The notes below the pieces were generated by a model, which was not told the origin of the DNA, ran no database searches, and was given only the letters and a program-made list of their open reading frames with translations. A program made the translations under genes and the position numbers. A DNA stretch of 40,742 bases from Prosthecobacter sp. (lineage in GTDB: Bacteria; Verrucomicrobiota; Verrucomicrobiia; Verrucomicrobiales; Verrucomicrobiaceae): positions 1 to 40,742 of the forward strand of contig JBDNIB010000297.1 of the NCBI GenBank assembly GCA_041688535.1, in the 5' to 3' direction. Numbering within the stretch: the first letter of the stretch is position 1; every line of letters starts with the position of its first letter. Shown piece by piece: positions 36,212-40,742 of the stretch.

Positions 36212-36451
36212 ATGCTCACCTGGCACGACAACCACGCCACCATCATCCGCCTCACGGATGCCACCGAGCGCACCTGCGAGCTCGGTCATTTCGCCGGGCG
36301 CGGTCTGTGCTTTTTGAACATCCCCCGCTGTGATCATTCTGAGTTGCGCATCGACCCCCGCCTCGCCCGCGAACTCGCCACAATCCTCTCCCACTTCGCC
36401 GACTTCCGACAACTCCCCCATCGCCCCACCGCCCCCGACTACAGCATCTGA
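36212..36451 (+). CDS. Hypothetical protein
   Basis: ATG 36212; ends at a REP dimer. Confidence 0.55.
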   Translation: MLTWHDNHATIIRLTDATERTCELGHFAGRGLCFLNIPRCDHSELRIDPRLARELATILSHFADFRQLPHRPTAPDYSI

Positions 36452-36546
36452 GTTCGTAGTCCCGGCTTTAGCCGGTCCGCCTCCCCGTATTGTAGTCCCG
36501 GCTTGAGCCGGTCCGGTTCCCCTCACCCACACACCCCCACCCCACT

Positions 36547-37080
36547 ATGTCACCCACTCTCCTCACTGACGACTCCGCCGATCACCTCGCCGATCACACC
36601 GCCGCCCAAGCCCGCACCGCCGCCGTCATCGGCAGCATCACCTGGCATGGCAAACCCCTGCTCTGGACGTCCTCACGCGCCGCCCTCTACGATTACCTGC
36701 GCATTCCCTCGCCCATGCTTTCCGCCGCTGCCATCGCCGCGATCAAGGCCGCGCGCGAGGCCGAAGGCACTCCCGCGCAGGCCGCGCTACAGGACCACGC
36801 CAATGAAATTTACATGAGCGAAACCGGCGGCAGCACCGGCCATGTGCGCAATGCGCAGATCATCCTCTGGCTTGCCGCTCATGTGCCTGGCGACTGGCGC
36901 GCGCTCGTCCATGATCGCGGCCGTTTGCTAGAGTCCATCGATGCATGGACTGATGAAAACGTCGGCATCGATGAGCTGCAAAAGCTCGCCGATGTCACCA
37001 ACGAACTCCTCACCGCTGCCGACGCCACCCGCGCCATCGCCCGCCCCCGCCACGTCAACGCTGACGAATCGGGAAACTAG
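36547..37080 (+). CDS. Tail assembly chaperone (gpG-like)
   Basis: Upstream of TMP; ends in slippery G GGA AAC TAG. Confidence 0.75.
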   Translation: MSPTLLTDDSADHLADHTAAQARTAAVIGSITWHGKPLLWTSSRAALYDYLRIPSPMLSAAAIAAIKAAREAEGTPAQAALQDHANEIYMSETGGSTGHVRNAQIILWLAAHVPGDWRALVHDRGRLLESIDAWTDENVGIDELQKLADVTNELLTAADATRAIARPRHVNADESGN

Positions 37081-37340
37081 CCCAGCCTTCGGAGGAGGCA
37101 TGCTATGTCATCCTCCTCGCGAAGGCTTGTCACGGGCTGTTCGATCACGCTGCCGATGCAGCGGGCCAGCCCCTCACACCCTACGATTACATTCGGGACT
37201 ACCTGCCACTCGCGCAGGGCCGCGCGCTGCTGCACGCCGCTGCCATCCTCGACGGCCAGGTCATGGTCTGGCCCGATCCCCAGCTCAGTCGGCGCGGCCG
37301 CTGGTGGCTCAAAGTCCGGCAACTTTTTCGCCCGCATTGA
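37071..37340 (+). CDS. gpT-like extension via -1 ribosomal frameshift
   Basis: The -1 frame is open 37071-37340 with no start at its 5' end; hairpin 37084-37127. Confidence 0.75.
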   Translation, partial: GKLAQPSEEACYVILLAKACHGLFDHAADAAGQPLTPYDYIRDYLPLAQGRALLHAAAILDGQVMVWPDPQLSRRGRWWLKVRQLFRPH

Positions 37341-37378
37341 CACCGCCACGCTCTCGCTAGCTCACCCTTCCATCCATC

Positions 37379-39340
37379 ATGCCCGCCGTCGTCGAATTCG
37401 GATTTAATGCCGCCCCGGTTTTCGCCGGCGTGTCCCGCATGGATCAGCAGTTGCAGGGGCTGGATGCCAAACAGGCCCGCCGCTCGCAACGCATGGCCGC
37501 CGATGGCCGCATGCAGCTCTCGCTACTTGAGGCGCAAATCAGCGGCAACAAAAAAGAAGCCGCCTCCATTCAGCAGCGCATCAGCCTGCTGGAGCGCATG
37601 CGCACCGTCCAGCAGCAGACCAATGTCTCGCAGCGCGAGGCATACTCACTCGCCCAGCGCTCGATGCCGCGCGGCGGCGCGATGTCCGGCGGTAGCAAAT
37701 GGGCCGTCGGGAATGCCGCCATGCAGGCGCAGGACATCGCCGTGCAGATGCAGATGGGCACCAAGGCCAGCACCATCATTGCGCAGCAGGGTTCACAGCT
37801 CCTCTCTGTGTTCGGGCCTGCCGGCATGATCGTCGGCGGTCTCGTCGCCGTCGGCGGCCTGTTCTACGGCATGCAGCAAAAAGGCGTCGAAGCTCTCCAG
37901 GCGCTGCAAAAAGAAGCCGGTGGTTTCGATCAATCCCTTCGCGTTTTGAAAGTGGGCGGCATCATGGAGATGATCAGTGGCATGGAAAAAATGCAAGAGC
38001 GCGCCGATGAACTCAAGCTCGACGCCAGCAGCCGCACCGGCAGCGGTATGTTCGAAGGTGCCGCCCGCGCGCTGTCGTGGACCACGTTTGATGAGACTGG
38101 CAAAGGCACCAAGAACTACGATCTCCGCCGCGACGCCTCCGCCGAGCTCGCCGCAAAGCATGAGCAAGGTCGCAAGGACTTGATGGAGCAAATCGTCAAG
38201 ACTGCGGAAGAAGAACTCAGCATCGCGCAAGCCCGCGCCGCAGGCCGCGATGCCGAGGCTGATCAGCTCACTCGCGAGGTCGCAATGCGCCGCGAGTTGG
38301 CGAAATTCGACACCGCCCCGACCGAGATCAAGGGCAAAATGCAGGACAACGTGCGCGCAAAATTCGCCGCTGAACAGCAGATGGCAGATGCCACTGCCGC
38401 GAAAGAAAAACAGTCCGAGATGGACAAAATCGCCGCCGCGCAAACGCAGCTCGATGAACAGAAAAAAGATGCCGCGCTTGATCAAATGACGCTGGCCCAG
38501 CGCATCGCGATCATGAGCGTCGATGCACAAAAAGCGCTCGCCGAAGAGAATCAACTCAAAGGCGCTTCCAAGCTGGACACACTGGCAATCATCGACGCCG
38601 AATCCCGCCGCGTCTCCATTCAATCCCAGCTCCTCAATTCGCAACGGCAGATCTCAACGGAAAAAGAACGCGAAGCCGAGGCCACCCGACGCGCTGCCGA
38701 GCAAGCCGAGGCTGCGGCCAAACAAGCCGCCACGGCCGCTGCCGCAGCCGCCACTGCACGGCGTGGTAGCGTGATGGACACCGCGCTCGAGTACAAGCTC
38801 CTGCAGGCCAAGGCATCCGGTCGCACGCGCGAAGTCGATGAAATCGAAAAGCAGCAGCGCATCCTGCAGCGGTCGCAAAGCCTGGAGCAACAAAACGGCC
38901 TCAGCAAACACGATGCACTCAGCCTCGCGATAAAAATGAGCGATCTCGAAGATCGCGCGAATGGCAAGCGCGGCAAAATCCGCCGCGTGATCAAAGACGA
39001 TCTCGATCCCGATTCTCGCTTCGGCCTCGGCGGCCCCAGCGGTCCCCTGTCTCCGCCCAGCCGCTCGCTCGCGCGCGGTGGCCCAATGAGCAAAAACGGC
39101 GGTCTCGCAGGCTTCTGGGATTTGCAGGCAGGGAACATCGGCAGTAGTGGCGGCATGTCGGACTTTTACACACAAAACGCCTTCAATTCCGGCCAATCAA
39201 TGCAGGATCATCACGCCGCCAATGCTGCCGCGCAAGGTGCGCCTGCAGGCGGCAACTCTACCCTTGTTGATAGCTTCCTCGACAAGCTATTAGCCCGCCT
39301 CCCCGTCGCGCTCGCTAGTGCCATCCTCACCGAATCCTAA
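37379..39340 (+). CDS. Tape measure protein
   Basis: MQAQDIAVQMQMG...AQQGSQL lambda-type TMP motif; long helical Ala/Gln/Glu-rich sequence. Confidence 0.85.
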   Translation: MPAVVEFGFNAAPVFAGVSRMDQQLQGLDAKQARRSQRMAADGRMQLSLLEAQISGNKKEAASIQQRISLLERMRTVQQQTNVSQREAYSLAQRSMPRGGAMSGGSKWAVGNAAMQAQDIAVQMQMGTKASTIIAQQGSQLLSVFGPAGMIVGGLVAVGGLFYGMQQKGVEALQALQKEAGGFDQSLRVLKVGGIMEMISGMEKMQERADELKLDASSRTGSGMFEGAARALSWTTFDETGKGTKNYDLRRDASAELAAKHEQGRKDLMEQIVKTAEEELSIAQARAAGRDAEADQLTREVAMRRELAKFDTAPTEIKGKMQDNVRAKFAAEQQMADATAAKEKQSEMDKIAAAQTQLDEQKKDAALDQMTLAQRIAIMSVDAQKALAEENQLKGASKLDTLAIIDAESRRVSIQSQLLNSQRQISTEKEREAEATRRAAEQAEAAAKQAATAAAAAATARRGSVMDTALEYKLLQAKASGRTREVDEIEKQQRILQRSQSLEQQNGLSKHDALSLAIKMSDLEDRANGKRGKIRRVIKDDLDPDSRFGLGGPSGPLSPPSRSLARGGPMSKNGGLAGFWDLQAGNIGSSGGMSDFYTQNAFNSGQSMQDHHAANAAAQGAPAGGNSTLVDSFLDKLLARLPVALASAILTES

Positions 39341-40254
39341 TGGACCCCTACATTCAGCACGGCAGCCCCAATCTCGCATTGCCAGACCAGCGTTTTGCCC
39401 AGCGCTCGCGCGAGCTCGACACCATCGCAATCTCCTTCCAAGATGAGAGCGCGACTGTCTATCCCGTCGGCTCTATCCTCGCCGACTACCCCGGCATGCC
39501 CATCGTCGAACGCGAACGCAACAAAGAGGGGCCGGTCTATCAATACCGCCTGCAGCTCGAAGGTATCGCCGATCCCGCTCAGATTTATGTCGAGACTGAC
39601 TACGGCGAGTCGTCGCCCGAAGAAGGCTTCGATGAAATCCGCCGCTCCATCATCACGCAGCAGCCATCCCACGCCTGGTTCATCAAGGGTGCGCAGTTGC
39701 GCAGCGAGCTGACGAATCTCGTGTTGCCAGGCTATGAAAATATGTATGTCGTTGACCGCGATCAGCACAAGCATCGCGCCGCTGGCTACTACGAGGTCGG
39801 GCTTGCGCTCAAGGGCATGCTTGGCACCAAGGTAGCCAAGCGCCGCATCAATACCAGCGGTCAGGCCGTCTCCGCCCGCGTGCAGGGGCTGCACAACATC
39901 GGCGGCACTGTTTACCTCGGCTATCCTCCCGTTGCGATTGGCAGCGCCAATCTCGCTACAGTAGATGAGCAGCAGATCGAATACGACATCCCCGGTATCT
40001 CAGTGTCAGATTCTCTCTTGACCACGGTCGAGCCGCCGAATGTGATGATCGGGCAATTTTGGAACCCATCGAATCCGCCCGCCGTTGGCGGTATCACTCT
40101 GCTCGGCGAGGCGTACACCTATCACATCCCGTACGGCTGGAAATGCACCAGCCTGCAGTCTGAAAAGCTGGCCGGAGCAGACGTTTGGTTCGTGAATATC
40201 ACCTGGGCCTATCAGCGCGAAACCACCCCGCGCGATGCCGATCCTGCGCCATGA
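39340..40254 (+). CDS. Distal tail/baseplate hub protein
   Basis: Directly after TMP (TAATG overlap). Confidence 0.55.
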   Translation: MDPYIQHGSPNLALPDQRFAQRSRELDTIAISFQDESATVYPVGSILADYPGMPIVERERNKEGPVYQYRLQLEGIADPAQIYVETDYGESSPEEGFDEIRRSIITQQPSHAWFIKGAQLRSELTNLVLPGYENMYVVDRDQHKHRAAGYYEVGLALKGMLGTKVAKRRINTSGQAVSARVQGLHNIGGTVYLGYPPVAIGSANLATVDEQQIEYDIPGISVSDSLLTTVEPPNVMIGQFWNPSNPPAVGGITLLGEAYTYHIPYGWKCTSLQSEKLAGADVWFVNITWAYQRETTPRDADPAP

Positions 40255-40742
40255 TCGCCGCCCGCCCGCCGCAGACCTATCGCCTGCGCAGCACGCGCGG
40301 GCTGGCGACGCTGCGCGACCTCTGGCGGCTCGTCACCTGGCTCGCCGATCGCACCGGTCAGGAGGTCAGTGCGGATGGCGTCACGCGCATGCGCGAGACC
40401 AACACTGGCGTCCATCTGGTGTGGTCCGACTCCGGCCCCATCGGCCCCATTGGCCCCATCGGCCTCTCTGGCGGCGCTGGCGTGCTCGGTCCCACCGGGA
40501 GCAGCGGCGTGCCTGGCACCCCCGCGTCTGGCCCTGCGCCGGTCGGCCCGCCCGGCCCCGCCGGTCCCACTGGCGGCAAGGGCGTCACCGGCAATCCCGG
40601 AGCCGATGGCCTGCAGGGTGATCAAGGCGATGCCTCTATCGTCGTCGGCGATCCCGGCGATCCCGGCGCGCCCGGCCCCGCTGGCCCGCGTGGTCCCGAT
40701 GGCCCGACGGGCAGCCCCAACCCCGGCGCGGACGGCGATCCC
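40251..40742 (+). CDS. Collagen-like tail protein 1, 5' part (continues at 15)
   Basis: ATGA coupling; YRLRSTRGL motif; GXY repeats running off the end. Confidence 0.85.
   Translation, partial: MIAARPPQTYRLRSTRGLATLRDLWRLVTWLADRTGQEVSADGVTRMRETNTGVHLVWSDSGPIGPIGPIGLSGGAGVLGPTGSSGVPGTPASGPAPVGPPGPAGPTGGKGVTGNPGADGLQGDQGDASIVVGDPGDPGAPGPAGPRGPDGPTGSPNPGADGDP

Larger units (their letters stand above)
1..40742. mobile_element. Complete circular temperate siphophage genome (excised form)
   Basis: First and last 14 nt are identical (CGGACGGCGATCCC); an ORF reads in frame across the junction; integrase, intact attP, head, tail, lysis and replication modules are all present. Confidence 0.9.

Noticed and set aside
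1-40742. Diversity-generating retroelement, retron or autonomous RAYT/IS
   Set aside because: No reverse transcriptase or HUH-Y1 transposase motifs seen in any credible ORF; no TR/VR pair differing at adenines
40729-40742. Biological terminal repeat
   Set aside because: The 14-nt overlap lies inside a collagen ORF far from terS; most likely an assembly circularisation overlap, though a chance match within GXY repeats cannot be fully excluded

Overview
The window looks like a complete circular genome (40,728 bp plus a 14-nt terminal overlap, with a collagen gene reading in frame across the junction) of a high-GC temperate siphophage. It has an intact attP (tRNA-Glu-like 3' end with paired arm sites) beside a tyrosine integrase, and a divergent repressor/cro switch. 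A G-rich early operon (split C5-methyltransferase, ParB-like proteins, exonuclease, primase, helicase) is followed by an iteron-like origin. A C-rich late arc encodes lambda-type terminase, portal and S49 protease, capsid, tail with a -1 frameshifted chaperone, tape measure, three collagen-like paralogs plus a 2OG-Fe(II) oxygenase, fibres and lysis genes. A Verrucomicrobia/PVC host is only a guess from repeat style. The most unusual signals are: (1) WTTGACA exactly 13 nt before start codons in the late arc, with a candidate sigma-region-4-like activator; (2) 32 GTAG-type REP hairpins with perfect strand polarity, 12 inserted in frame in proteins and several bounding accessory genes, with no cognate transposase; (3) a GC-skew flip at attP and near the origin that is independent of gene direction; (4) a fully overlapping two-frame methyltransferase; (5) collagen paralogs next to a putative prolyl hydroxylase. 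All product calls come from motifs read by eye; no searches were run.
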